64,000 nt of DNA, taken from assembly GCA_028279425.1 (NCBI GenBank), contig JANQNV010000132.1, forward strand, positions 19,015-83,014, given 5' to 3'. Source of the stretch: Longimicrobiales bacterium. GTDB lineage: Bacteria > Gemmatimonadota > Gemmatimonadetes > Longimicrobiales > Gaopeijiaceae. The notes beneath the pieces are model-generated. The model saw nothing but the letters and a program-made list of their open reading frames with translations, was not told the origin of the DNA and did no database searches. Below, piece after piece: positions 27,371 to 37,121 of this stretch; the stretch's first letter is position 1; the number at the start of each line of letters is the position of its first letter. A program made the translations under genes and the position numbers.

Positions 27371-28777
27371 ATGCAACGGATCCACGCCTTTGTCGCCTTG
27401 CTGTCAGTAGGGGCGATTGGGCTAGTACCTCTGGTTCAGTGGACCGAGCTCGCCGCCCTTCCTAACGATAGCCTGGCCGCCCTCACCATCTTGATGGCGT
27501 TGGGCATGTTCTCCGAGCGCTGGTCGGTCGCCTACGCAGGGGGTGATCGGGGCGGCTCCCACACGGTCACCTTCATTCCACTGCTAGCGTGTGTGTTGCT
27601 CTTTGGAACGGCGGCGCCGGTGTTGTTCATCGGAGTCACAGGTACCGTCGCGGAGGTCTTCTTTCGCAAGAAGGGTCCCCTTCGAGCGACGTTTAACGTT
27701 GCTCAGTATGTCTTTGCGTCTTCGGTTGCTGGACTAGTTTTCGAGTTGCTTGGAGGGGTGGCCGCCGCTAGTGGCGGTCTTGGCACTGGCGGCACGGGGC
27801 TGTCGCTAGTGCCTTTTGTGGCCTTCACGTTGGTCCTCCTTGGCCTCAACCATAGCTTGGTGGCCGGCGCGATCTCGCTTAGTCAGGGAGTGCCCTACCG
27901 TACGATTTGGCACAAGACGGTCGGGAAGTCGGGAACGAACGTCTTCTATGACTTCTTGCTAAGCCCTATTGCCTTTGTACTGGCATACCTTGTAATCGAG
28001 CTGGGGCTTCGAGGGCTGTTTCTCGCCATCTTTCCGCTGCTGGCGGTTCGTCGCGCGTACCAAACCAGCTGGCGTCTCCAGCAAGCCAACCGCGATCTGT
28101 TGACCGCCTTGGTCAAGGCGATTGAGACCCGTGACCCCTACACATCCGGTCACTCCCGACGCGTTCAGATGCTCGCGTCTCGGATAGTTCGAGGTCTCGG
28201 GCTATCCGAGAAGCGCATCGAAGCGATCGAACAGGCGGCCCTACTTCACGATGTGGGGAAGATCGACGCGGTCTACTCAGAGATTCTCAAGAAGCCGTCA
28301 CAGCTCTCCCCGGAAGAGCGCGAGGTGATCGAGTCCCACGTCACGAAGGGCGTCGAACTACTGACTTCGCTCTCTTCCTTCCCGAAAGAGGTCATTGAAG
28401 CGGTCCAGCACCATCACGAGAGGGAGGACGGCAAGGGCTATCCGTACGGACTCGTGGGCAACAAGATTCCACTTGGAGCCAAGGTCATCATGATCTGCGA
28501 CGCGATCGACGCGATGCTCTCCGATCGACCGTATCGAAAGGCCCTACCTCTCTCTGCGGTTCGGGAACAGCTGGAGATCTTCGCCGGGAAGCAGTTCGAC
28601 CCCGAACTGGTCCGTCTGGTGACCAACAGTACAATCTTGGAAGACCACCAGCGTGAGGTTGCCAAAGAGACCGAGGTTGACGAAGAGCACGCCAGCGATC
28701 CGGTTCCTCGAAAAGCGAGCGTCTCTAGTCAGCTTCCGCTCGCCACACAGCCTGCGCACGCCTCGCAAGGCGGCTAA
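27371..28777 (+). CDS. Multi-TM membrane-sensor HD-GYP cyclic-dinucleotide phosphodiesterase
   Basis: About 7-8 N-terminal TM helices; RDPYTSGHS, LHDVGK, HHEREDGKGYP, DAIDAM..DRPYRK. Confidence 0.93.
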   Translation: MQRIHAFVALLSVGAIGLVPLVQWTELAALPNDSLAALTILMALGMFSERWSVAYAGGDRGGSHTVTFIPLLACVLLFGTAAPVLFIGVTGTVAEVFFRKKGPLRATFNVAQYVFASSVAGLVFELLGGVAAASGGLGTGGTGLSLVPFVAFTLVLLGLNHSLVAGAISLSQGVPYRTIWHKTVGKSGTNVFYDFLLSPIAFVLAYLVIELGLRGLFLAIFPLLAVRRAYQTSWRLQQANRDLLTALVKAIETRDPYTSGHSRRVQMLASRIVRGLGLSEKRIEAIEQAALLHDVGKIDAVYSEILKKPSQLSPEEREVIESHVTKGVELLTSLSSFPKEVIEAVQHHHEREDGKGYPYGLVGNKIPLGAKVIMICDAIDAMLSDRPYRKALPLSAVREQLEIFAGKQFDPELVRLVTNSTILEDHQREVAKETEVDEEHASDPVPRKASVSSQLPLATQPAHASQGG

Positions 28778-31700
28778 TGCCCAGTTCGGTTGATCGGCCG
28801 ATCACCTCTTCAAATCGATCACTAGGGGCACCCACGTTCTCCCGCCTCTCGAGTTGGGCCTGCCAAAGGGTCAAGGACAGATACTGGGGGACAAATGAGT
28901 CTCGTATCCGGCGGCGCTCTTGGTCGAGGTGGGCTATCGCCTTCACGACCTGCCGCCGTCGACGAAGCAGTTCTACCCTCAGCCGCACCATCAGGCTTGG
29001 ATCGAAATAGTAGTGGCCGTGGGACGTAAGCTCCCTTGAGAGGCGCTCCGCGGCATGAAACTGACCAAGCCGGAGCTTGGCGAGTCCGATACCGGCAGCA
29101 ACCACATTGACCAAAAAGCCACGGGTGCCGGGCTGGATCAGTCCTTGAGCCAACTCGAAGTATCGGAGGGCACGATCGGGTCGGCCTTGCCGCAAGGCCA
29201 GGTCTCCTCGATTGGTGGCGAGGTTCTGGCTCTCGTTCGATTCCGGACTACCTGCTACGATCTTCGCCGCCTCATCGAGCAGTTCCCCCGCCTGCTCAAG
29301 GGCGTCCGTTTCTAGGTACCAGACTGCGCGGTTCGCGAGCGTCGTGTAGCGGAGTTTCAAATCGCCTGTCGCCGAGCCCCAGGCTTGGAGCGCCTCGATA
29401 CAGGCCGTCCCCAGACGGCTTTCCACTGTCCCCTCGGATAGCAGCACCACGAAGAGCCTATGGGCGGCCCGGACGCGAAGCTCGTCGGGTACACTCCCGC
29501 TTGAAGCCAATTCGAAGGCGAGTCGGCCCGCCTGGCTGGCACCTGGAACGTCGCCATAGATCATCCCGAGGCTTAGGATCATCTGCCTGCGTATTCGCGA
29601 CCGTAGGTCGCCCCTACCCTGGGATAGTGACGCTACCGCGAGTTGCTTTCGGATACTGGACCAGTCGCCTTCGCGCTCCAGTACTCGGATCGCGGTTTCG
29701 GTAGCGAGAAGCGACGCTTCCCACTGTCGCCTTCTAGTCGCACGCGCTGCTAGCTCCTCAAGTTCTGCGACGATTCGCTGGTGCGGCACTAGCCCAGCTT
29801 CACTCTGGGCATCAAGGCGCTTGACCGACCAATCGATGCGTGGCTCGGGTCCTGCCGATGCCTCTGCGCGGAGCAATAGGTCCACACCCGGCTTGTGGCG
29901 GCAGAGCATCAAGCATGCTTCACCAGCCTCTGCGAGCACCTCCGCCTGCTGGTTCTCTTCACTCTCAAGGGCGGTCTCGTAGAAACCCAGCGCTTCGGCG
30001 AGTGCCCCATCACGCTTCGACTCTCGGGCGGCTTCGAGTGCCCAGTCGGCCGCCTCCTTCTTGAGGCCAGCCAAACGAAAGTGGTTTGCCACCTTTGCGG
30101 GGTCCTTCCCATTACGAGCGAGGTGACGCCCCATCTGGAGGTGGGCCTCCCGAAGTCGTGTTTCGCCAAGGACTTCTCCCACCGCGCTTCGAAAGAGTGA
30201 GTGGCGGAACCCGTAAGTGCCCGCTCGCGGTTCGACCAGCCCGAGCCCAACCAACCGGTCGAGGGTATCCAAGACCACCCAAGAGGGACGATTGACGGTC
30301 GTACGGATCTGTTCAGAACTCTGCCCCGGTGCAGCGACTAGCAGCGCCAGCACCTGACGCTGACCCCCCTCCAGCTGATCGACCCGTCTGCGCGAATAGG
30401 CTACGAGGCTACCCGGGTTCTTCTGATCTCTGACGGTGGTCTCGCGGAGCCAGTACTGGGCGAGGTCGACGAGAATCGCAGGCCTGCCTCGTGCCACGGA
30501 GACGATCTCAGTAGTTGAGGTCTCTGAGAGGGCAGCTGTGTCCCGCAACAGCCTTCGTGAAGTGGCCTCGGGTAGCGGATCTAGGAGGAGCCTCCTAGCG
30601 CGGACGTCTGACAAGAACGCTTCCATTCTCGGGTCCAGATGGCGATCCGGGTCGGCCAATATGCTGACCAGGACGTAGCAGTCCCCGTACTTCCAGGTCG
30701 TGACGACCTCCTCGATTACCGAGAGGGACGCAAGATCAATGAATTGAAGGTCGTCCAGAACTATTGTGGTCGGGTCCTCAATGGATGCTGACTCGAAGGC
30801 CACACGCACGGCTTCGACCAATCTGCGTCTGGTGGACGGCGGATCTAGCGTGGCGATTTCGCCTCGTCCAAACTGCAGTACTCGATCCCAGGGTTCGGGT
30901 ACCCTTACGGGTGCTGCGCTTGAGAGGAGTCTACGAACGACGCGCTTGATCCCCGCCATCGGAACGGCGCTGCAGGTTGCGTCGAACTGCTCCGCCACGA
31001 CGCGATGCCCTCGCGAGGCGGCGAAGAGGGTGACTTCATCCAGCATCATCGTTCTGCCCATCCCCGCCTCAGCGATTACCGCGCCGATCCGAAGGCCTGA
31101 GCCAGAAGCGACCTCCGATTCGAGTGTTTGTCTCTCGGCCTCTCGTCCGACAAAGGACGGTCGCTCGCGGCTCTCGATGTGCGACGCCAGCGAAGGGACT
31201 GCTTCGAGTTTCGCCTCAGCCTGCTCGAATGCAGCTTTGTTGATTCCGCCGGCTTGGAGGACACCAACCAAGACTGCGCGGCACTCTGCGGTTCGGCGTG
31301 CGCGGATGGCGGTGCCTACCAGGGTGGCAAGCCATGTCTCCGGGGTGGGATCAACCCGGAATAGGGTTGCTGCGGTATCGAACGCCGCTTGCCATGTGCT
31401 TTGGCGTCTCTCCGAGTCGAGCCTCCGGGCCAATCGCGTGCGTCGCGAGTCCGCCAGCCGCACCACCGCCCTGTCCAACCAGTGCTCAAACTCCGCGGTG
31501 GGCGCCGAGGTAAGTCGGGCCAGGGGCTCTCCCATTCCTGGCGGGAGCTCCGTCCAATCGGAGGGGAGGAGGGGGACCACGGCCTCCCCTTGCCGCGTGA
31601 GCACCTCGGCGCCGTTCGAGTTGATCTTGTATAGGAGCTGGCGAATGCGGTGCCGGGTCTTCGCTTCTTCGCCCTCCCCCCACATCAACCACGTGATCCG

Positions 31701-31838
31701 GTCGCGGGTCAGCGTCCCCGGGGCTTCCAGATAGCTCAGCGCGATCAACGAGGCTTGGATGGGCGTGAATACGAGCGCCTTGTCTGGGCAAACCAGCTCG
31801 GGGCCACCGTAGAGCCTCAGCCACGCAGCTTGCGACAC
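28725..31838 (-). CDS. SARP/BTAD-like + STAND (AAA_16) NTPase + TPR regulator
   Basis: AAGGAGG RBS before GTG 31838; LRLYGGPEL N-terminus; FVGREAE, AEAGMGRT (degenerate Walker A), IVLDDLQFID, FRHSLFR; TPR-like C-terminus. Confidence 0.8.
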   Translation of the reverse strand: MSQAAWLRLYGGPELVCPDKALVFTPIQASLIALSYLEAPGTLTRDRITWLMWGEGEEAKTRHRIRQLLYKINSNGAEVLTRQGEAVVPLLPSDWTELPPGMGEPLARLTSAPTAEFEHWLDRAVVRLADSRRTRLARRLDSERRQSTWQAAFDTAATLFRVDPTPETWLATLVGTAIRARRTAECRAVLVGVLQAGGINKAAFEQAEAKLEAVPSLASHIESRERPSFVGREAERQTLESEVASGSGLRIGAVIAEAGMGRTMMLDEVTLFAASRGHRVVAEQFDATCSAVPMAGIKRVVRRLLSSAAPVRVPEPWDRVLQFGRGEIATLDPPSTRRRLVEAVRVAFESASIEDPTTIVLDDLQFIDLASLSVIEEVVTTWKYGDCYVLVSILADPDRHLDPRMEAFLSDVRARRLLLDPLPEATSRRLLRDTAALSETSTTEIVSVARGRPAILVDLAQYWLRETTVRDQKNPGSLVAYSRRRVDQLEGGQRQVLALLVAAPGQSSEQIRTTVNRPSWVVLDTLDRLVGLGLVEPRAGTYGFRHSLFRSAVGEVLGETRLREAHLQMGRHLARNGKDPAKVANHFRLAGLKKEAADWALEAARESKRDGALAEALGFYETALESEENQQAEVLAEAGEACLMLCRHKPGVDLLLRAEASAGPEPRIDWSVKRLDAQSEAGLVPHQRIVAELEELAARATRRRQWEASLLATETAIRVLEREGDWSSIRKQLAVASLSQGRGDLRSRIRRQMILSLGMIYGDVPGASQAGRLAFELASSGSVPDELRVRAAHRLFVVLLSEGTVESRLGTACIEALQAWGSATGDLKLRYTTLANRAVWYLETDALEQAGELLDEAAKIVAGSPESNESQNLATNRGDLALRQGRPDRALRYFELAQGLIQPGTRGFLVNVVAAGIGLAKLRLGQFHAAERLSRELTSHGHYYFDPSLMVRLRVELLRRRRQVVKAIAHLDQERRRIRDSFVPQYLSLTLWQAQLERRENVGAPSDRFEEVIGRSTELGISRLARRAQAVWRAEAD

Positions 31839-31876
31839 ATGTGCCTCCTTGGAGAAACCGGGCCCATAGTTCGCGA

Positions 31877-32782
31877 CTAGAGCGCGTCCGGCAACGCTTC
31901 GACCGGAGTCGCAGCCGGGTCGCGAGTCGGCGACGACTCGGCCCGCGCGACCCGGGACTGCGGGCTCGTGGTGGCCTGGGCGTTCGCCGTTCGCGCTATC
32001 CTGCGAACGTGTGCCTCGGAAAAGCCCCCCGTGGCGACCTCCTTCTGCACCCATGACTCGAGCAGCCACTCCCACCCTCGACGGGTCCGCGCCTCACTGG
32101 GACGGACACCTGTGAGCCGCTTCAGCTGGTTGCTGAGGGAGAAGGCATCCGGATACCCCAATCCGTACGCTACCTGGGCGAGGGTCGAACCGGGTTCTTG
32201 AAGGCGGATGACCGCTCTGAGCACCCGTCCCATGTGCAGCCAATGAGATGGGACGGGAAGCCCGCACGTGGTGAACCGCCGCCCAAGCGCGCGTCGAGAC
32301 AGGTAGACCCCTCGCGCAAGAGCGTTGACCGAACGAAGGTCGGCCGACAGCTCGAGTGTGCGTCGGACCAACCGCCTGATCTCCAGATCCAGTGTAATTC
32401 CGCGCCACCGGATGAAGTCGACCGCGGCCGCCGCCAGATCGGCCGGAGGGGCCGACAGGAGCGCGTGGAGATCGTCTCGGTGCGGTTCCTCGTGATAGGG
32501 CATCACCGAGACCGGTCGGCAGAGTTCGATCATGCGGAAGATCTGATCTCGCCGAGTGACGGTGTCGGCCGGTGGGAGGATGGCGATGAGACTGAGTCCA
32601 GGACACCGACCTCGGGCGGCCTGGATCTCTTGGTTCCGGTCGGGGGACGCCATGCACCACACGAGCGCGGCACCGCTGGTACCCATGCTACGTGGTAGCC
32701 TGTCTGGTCGTTGGACGGCCTCCAGTTCGGCGTAGGGGGGGCGGAAAAGGAAGAAGCCGACCAGGCCGTCTTCGTGTGTCAT
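31877..32782 (-). CDS. AraC-family transcriptional regulator
   Basis: LARGVYLSRRALGRRF and VAYGLGYPDAFSLSNQLKRLTGVRPS HTH motifs; GGAGG RBS before ATG 32782. Confidence 0.88.
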   Translation of the reverse strand: MTHEDGLVGFFLFRPPYAELEAVQRPDRLPRSMGTSGAALVWCMASPDRNQEIQAARGRCPGLSLIAILPPADTVTRRDQIFRMIELCRPVSVMPYHEEPHRDDLHALLSAPPADLAAAAVDFIRWRGITLDLEIRRLVRRTLELSADLRSVNALARGVYLSRRALGRRFTTCGLPVPSHWLHMGRVLRAVIRLQEPGSTLAQVAYGLGYPDAFSLSNQLKRLTGVRPSEARTRRGWEWLLESWVQKEVATGGFSEAHVRRIARTANAQATTSPQSRVARAESSPTRDPAATPVEALPDAL

Positions 32783-32896
32783 GAGACCTCCGGGGGTGTG
32801 TGGGACGGGGAGGAGACGGTGGAAGACAACTCTCATCGGCGTGTCACTTGGCGCCGAGGCGGTCCCGCCCACGGGTGGAGCGATGAGGTTCCAACC

Positions 32897-32936
32897 TTGC
32901 CCCAAGCCCACCCCAATCATATATAGAATTATGATT
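32897..32936 (+). promoter_or_regulatory. Probable TetR promoter/operator
   Basis: TTGCCC-N17-TATATA sigma70-like promoter overlapped by the inverted repeat AATCATA-N8-TATGATT (32915-32936), an AT island in high-GC DNA. Confidence 0.55.
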
Positions 32937-32958
32937 CCTTAATCGGGTGGGTGCTGCC

Positions 32959-33654
32959 ATGGCTGAATCGGCGAATTCCGCGAAGAGACTGGTCAAACCA
33001 CCCTTACAAGACCGCTCGCGAAAGACGCTCAACCGCCTGGTGAATGCGGCCTTGGAGCTCATCGCCGAACGCGGTGTGGAAGGGGCATCGGTGCAGGACA
33101 TTGCCCGGCGGGCCCGTGCCTCGGTGGGGTCGTTCTACGCCCGGTTCAAGGGCAAGGAAGACCTGATGCGCTACCTCGAGGTGCGGCTGTGGGCCGACGC
33201 GCGTGAGGCGTGGACTGCGGCCCTGGAGTCCAATCCCTGGGACGAGCTGTCATTCGAGGATCTCGTGGCCAACATCGTCCAGGTGCTCATCGAGGTCGAT
33301 CGCACGGGTGCTCGTCAGCGTCGACTTCTGGAGTCACGGCATGGCCCCGGCGCCACCTCCGATGCGGGCCGCGAGTTCGACGCTGCTCTCTCGCACGACG
33401 TTCGCGCCCTTCTCATGCGGCACGCCCATCGCATCGATCATCCGAATCCGGCGCGCGCCGTCGATCTGTGCATCGCGGTCGTGCGCGGTACACTCCGCCT
33501 CCGGGCCCTCGGCGGACTCACCCTCGACGGTGCCGAGCTCGACGACGACCAGTGGGGTCAGGAACTCACCCGGGTGTGCCGGACGTACCTGACGGGTTCG
33601 ATGGATCCGGGCGACGGAAAGCGGCAGATGGACTTCTTCGAGATCTGGGGCTGA
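32959..33654 (+). CDS. TetR/AcrR-family transcriptional regulator
   Basis: PLQDRSRKT..SVQDIARRARASVGSFYARFKGKEDL. Confidence 0.93.
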   Translation: MAESANSAKRLVKPPLQDRSRKTLNRLVNAALELIAERGVEGASVQDIARRARASVGSFYARFKGKEDLMRYLEVRLWADAREAWTAALESNPWDELSFEDLVANIVQVLIEVDRTGARQRRLLESRHGPGATSDAGREFDAALSHDVRALLMRHAHRIDHPNPARAVDLCIAVVRGTLRLRALGGLTLDGAELDDDQWGQELTRVCRTYLTGSMDPGDGKRQMDFFEIWG

Positions 33655-33662
33655 GCAGGGCG

Positions 33663-34715
33663 ATGGGCGCCACCGCCTACACCTGTCGCCTGCGCGCACT
33701 GCTGGAGATGTGGTCCAGCCGTCTCATGAGCCTCGACGACGAAGCGGCTTCCAGGCGTCCCTCACCCGAGCGTTGGTCGCCCAAGGAGATCATCGGCCAC
33801 CTGATCGACTCGGCGTCCAACAACCATCAGCGCTTCGTCCGGGCGCAGTCCCAATCCTCTCTCACCTTTCTGGGATACGAACAAGACGGGTGGGTCGCGG
33901 CGCAGGACTACCAGCGGGCACCCTGGTCGGAGCTTGTGGCGCTCTGGAGCCTCTTCAACCTGCACCTCGCCCGGGTGATGGAGGCCACGCCCGACGAGGA
34001 GCGCATGCGAGCGCGGGAGGATCACAACCTCGATCATATTGGCTGGCAGCCCTTCCGCGCCGATGAGGCGGCCACACTCGACGCCTTCATGGCCGACTAC
34101 GTGGGCCACCTGGCCCATCACCTCGACCAGATTCCCCAGGTGCGGAGTCCTGGTCCGCCGGCGCGCATCGAGACCGAGCGTCTGGTGGTGCGGCGCTGGC
34201 AGGACTCGGACGCCCCGCTGCTGCGCCATGCGATCGACACCTCGCTCGATCATCTGCGTCCGTGGCTACCGTGGGCCGAGACCGAGCCCGTGTCGCTGCA
34301 GGAGACGCGGCGCCGCCTCGCGATCTTCCAGGCCAAGTCGGAGGTGGGCGACGACTTCTACTTCGGCCTCTTCGATGCCGGCGAGAGCCGTGTGCTCGGT
34401 GCGGCGGGCCTCCACACCCGGCAGGGCCCGGGCGTGCTCGAGATCGGCTACTGGGTCCGCGCCGACTCGGTGAACCAGGGCTTTGCGACCGAAGCGGCCC
34501 GCGCCCTGACCCAGCACGGTCTCGAGGTGGAGGGCATCGATCGCATCGAGATCCGCTGCAATCCCGCGAATGTGGCGAGCCGGCGCGTCCCCGAGCGGTT
34601 GGGCTTCCGCCTGGCGGAGACGATCGAGGGCGAGGACCGCGACACGCTAGTGTATGCGGTGACGGCTGAGGGGTGGAGGCTTCTTCGGACGGATCATGGC
34701 CTGGCCGGGAGGTAG
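33663..34715 (+). CDS. DinB-like domain fused to RimJ/RimL-type GNAT acetyltransferase
   Basis: WSPKEIIGHLIDSASNNHQRF...YVGHLAHHLDQI, then IETERL..EIGYW..QGFATEA..NVASRRVPERLGF. Confidence 0.85.
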   Translation: MGATAYTCRLRALLEMWSSRLMSLDDEAASRRPSPERWSPKEIIGHLIDSASNNHQRFVRAQSQSSLTFLGYEQDGWVAAQDYQRAPWSELVALWSLFNLHLARVMEATPDEERMRAREDHNLDHIGWQPFRADEAATLDAFMADYVGHLAHHLDQIPQVRSPGPPARIETERLVVRRWQDSDAPLLRHAIDTSLDHLRPWLPWAETEPVSLQETRRRLAIFQAKSEVGDDFYFGLFDAGESRVLGAAGLHTRQGPGVLEIGYWVRADSVNQGFATEAARALTQHGLEVEGIDRIEIRCNPANVASRRVPERLGFRLAETIEGEDRDTLVYAVTAEGWRLLRTDHGLAGR

Positions 34716-35691
34716 GCCGGGTGCGCTTCCCCTGGCTCTGGCCTTGGGGTTGCTCGTAGGTGTGCTACTGCCGGCTGCTCCAGCCTCCGCGCAAGAGGGC
34801 TTCGTCGTACGTGGACAGGTCGTAGACACGCTGACCGGTCTGGGGATCCCGGCTGCGGTCGTGCGGCTCGAGGGGCACGGCTCCGTGCTCACGGGCGAGG
34901 CCGGTGGGTTCAGGTTTGCCGCGGTGGAGGAAGGCGACTACGAACTGCAGGTCGAGGCGTTCGGATACGCCCCGCGTTCCGTGTTTCTGCAGGTGCGCGG
35001 TGACGTCGTGCTCTCTGTGGCCACGGAGGTTGCGCCGTTCGACATCGGCGGTTTGGTCGTGGCACCAAGGGCGGTAGAGGTCAGAGGAAGGGTCCGGGAT
35101 ACGCTGAGGGACCTGTCCTTGAGGGGGGTAGAGATCGTCACTGGCGCCGGAGACGTTACGCAGACGAACGGTCGTGGGCGTTTCGAGGTAGGCGGTTGGG
35201 AGGGACTCGAGCTCCTCGTTCGAATTCGGGCGTTCGGCTACCTACCCGTCGACACCGTTCTCATTCCCACCCCAGGCGAGAGCTACGAGTTCGGCCTCGA
35301 GCCTGACCCCATCGTCGAGCGAATGATCGCGGAGCAGATCGGGCGGATAGAACGGCGTGCTGGGGGGCGACGGTCGATTACACTCCGACCGATGAACCGT
35401 GACCGACTCCTTCGCCTCCGGGGAAGGACGCTACAGGAGGTCCTTCAAACGGCCTACATCGGCCGGTTGCGGATCCGCTGCGTCGTCTTTGACGAGGTCT
35501 CACTGACCCCGCAAATGGCGGAGGGGCTTCTGCTGACCACGCCCGTCGAAGACGTGGAGCGCATCGAGTTCCTGTTTCGGGGATGGATGCTTCGTGTTTA
35601 CACGCGTGAGTTCATGCGCACGATGCTCGGAAGCCAGGTCGAGCTCCGTCGGGCGACCTACGTTGAGGCAAGTCCTCCGCTCTGCACATGA
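34696..35691 (+). CDS. Exported protein with two carboxypeptidase-regulatory-like domains
   Basis: Signal peptide; VRGQVVD..T...GGF..AFGY unit occurring twice; C-terminal VEDVERIEF plug-like segment. Confidence 0.75.
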   Translation: MAWPGGRPGALPLALALGLLVGVLLPAAPASAQEGFVVRGQVVDTLTGLGIPAAVVRLEGHGSVLTGEAGGFRFAAVEEGDYELQVEAFGYAPRSVFLQVRGDVVLSVATEVAPFDIGGLVVAPRAVEVRGRVRDTLRDLSLRGVEIVTGAGDVTQTNGRGRFEVGGWEGLELLVRIRAFGYLPVDTVLIPTPGESYEFGLEPDPIVERMIAEQIGRIERRAGGRRSITLRPMNRDRLLRLRGRTLQEVLQTAYIGRLRIRCVVFDEVSLTPQMAEGLLLTTPVEDVERIEFLFRGWMLRVYTREFMRTMLGSQVELRRATYVEASPPLCT

Positions 35692-35815
35692 CGGGGCTAC
35701 GAATGACCGCCGTGAGCGGGGGGCGCGGGGGCCTCGACCGGGCGCGAGGCTCCTTCCTGATGCTGGCGTCATCCGTATCGAGTCGCAGTCCTGGAGAGCC
35801 AGACGAGGTCCCGCC

Positions 35816-36928
35816 TTGAGGACCTGCCTTTGGTCGACGGTCCGGTTCGGCGTCGCTGCCACGCTATGGTGTGCAGGCGCCTGCGACTCTCAAGACCTTG
35901 AACCGATCCCTCGGCTCTCGACCTTGCCCGATAGTGCCACCATCTGGTCGGCGGGAGCCCTGGACGGCGACACGAGTGCGCTGACGATCTCTCGCGTTCT
36001 GGACGCATCCCTCTCGCGATCTGGCGCGATCGTTGCGATCGCAGACGAGGTGGACCCGTTCGTGACGCTGGTGGACCGAGGCACCGGCACCGTGACACGC
36101 GTCGCGCCAGAAGGCAACGGTCCTGGAGAGATCGCGGGCGTTTGGTCGATCGGCTTCATCGATGATGCCACGCTCTTCGTACTTTCTCCGGGGCAGAGAT
36201 TCGATCGGTTCAGGTTGGATGGAGGGTGGGGCGGTGGAGGCAGGCTTGACCACTTCGACCTCACGATCTCGGCGGCGCGACCGGGGTGTGGGGGCAGGTT
36301 GGTGATGCTCGGACTACCCAGTGATCACCGCTCGAGACGCGTGAATCCCTGGTTCCACGTTGGCCCGATCGACGCAACGGACGAGGCCCCGACGGAAGTG
36401 CTGCACCTGAGAGGTGACGGATACCAGTACTTCTTTGGTGAGACCCGTTGGGACGCGGATGAGAGTCGAGTGCTCTATTGGCAGACCACAGCCGGCGAAG
36501 GCGAGGAGAGGGCGTTCGTCGTGCCTTGCTCACGCCCCTCGCGCGACACCTTGGACATGGTCTCAGCGCCCCGGTCGGACTCGCGAAGCCAGGGGCAGGC
36601 ATTGTCGCTTCCCGAGGTGATCACCACGGGCGCGGTTCTCACACCCTCCGGCGTACTCTCGACGCACTGGCAATGGCGAAACGCGAGCCCAGCTACGCGG
36701 CTCGTCTCCTCCCGATACGAGACGTGCTCGGCCATCGACCTGAGGGGACAATGGTCCGTTCATGACCGGGTTGGCGACGAAGTGTTGATGTCAGTCGGGT
36801 CGCCGGTGCCCCGCATCTACGTTGCGCGTTGGACCGCGCTCGAGGCGATCTTGCAGCCCGTGGCGTGCCCAGCCGAAGTCGTACACGTTGTTGGACCCGA
36901 GGATTCTGTGTCCCCCGAAGGCGACTGA
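35816..36928 (+). CDS. Divergent beta-propeller lipoprotein (start uncertain)
   Basis: CAGAC lipobox, APEGNGPGEI, C-terminal PVPRIYV. Confidence 0.6.
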   Translation: MRTCLWSTVRFGVAATLWCAGACDSQDLEPIPRLSTLPDSATIWSAGALDGDTSALTISRVLDASLSRSGAIVAIADEVDPFVTLVDRGTGTVTRVAPEGNGPGEIAGVWSIGFIDDATLFVLSPGQRFDRFRLDGGWGGGGRLDHFDLTISAARPGCGGRLVMLGLPSDHRSRRVNPWFHVGPIDATDEAPTEVLHLRGDGYQYFFGETRWDADESRVLYWQTTAGEGEERAFVVPCSRPSRDTLDMVSAPRSDSRSQGQALSLPEVITTGAVLTPSGVLSTHWQWRNASPATRLVSSRYETCSAIDLRGQWSVHDRVGDEVLMSVGSPVPRIYVARWTALEAILQPVACPAEVVHVVGPEDSVSPEGD

Positions 36929-37121
36929 CCAGGCGGCGGTGCTCGTCGGGGGCACGTGCAAGGTCCGCTCGTGGCGGCATGGGTTGCCATGCGGCCGGCG
37001 GGGGCCTCGGGGATTACTCGTTTCGCCGGCAGTTCGTGTAGGTGTCGAAATCGGCATCCCCCGATCGTAGGTGGTGTGGAGGAGGGGCGCTCGGCCTCTC
37101 TCGAAACCAGAAGGAGGCACC

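Noticed and set aside
28725-31838. Avs-type antiviral STAND
   Set aside because: The N-terminus looks like a SARP/BTAD regulator, and no nuclease, TIR or SIR2 effector is recognisable.
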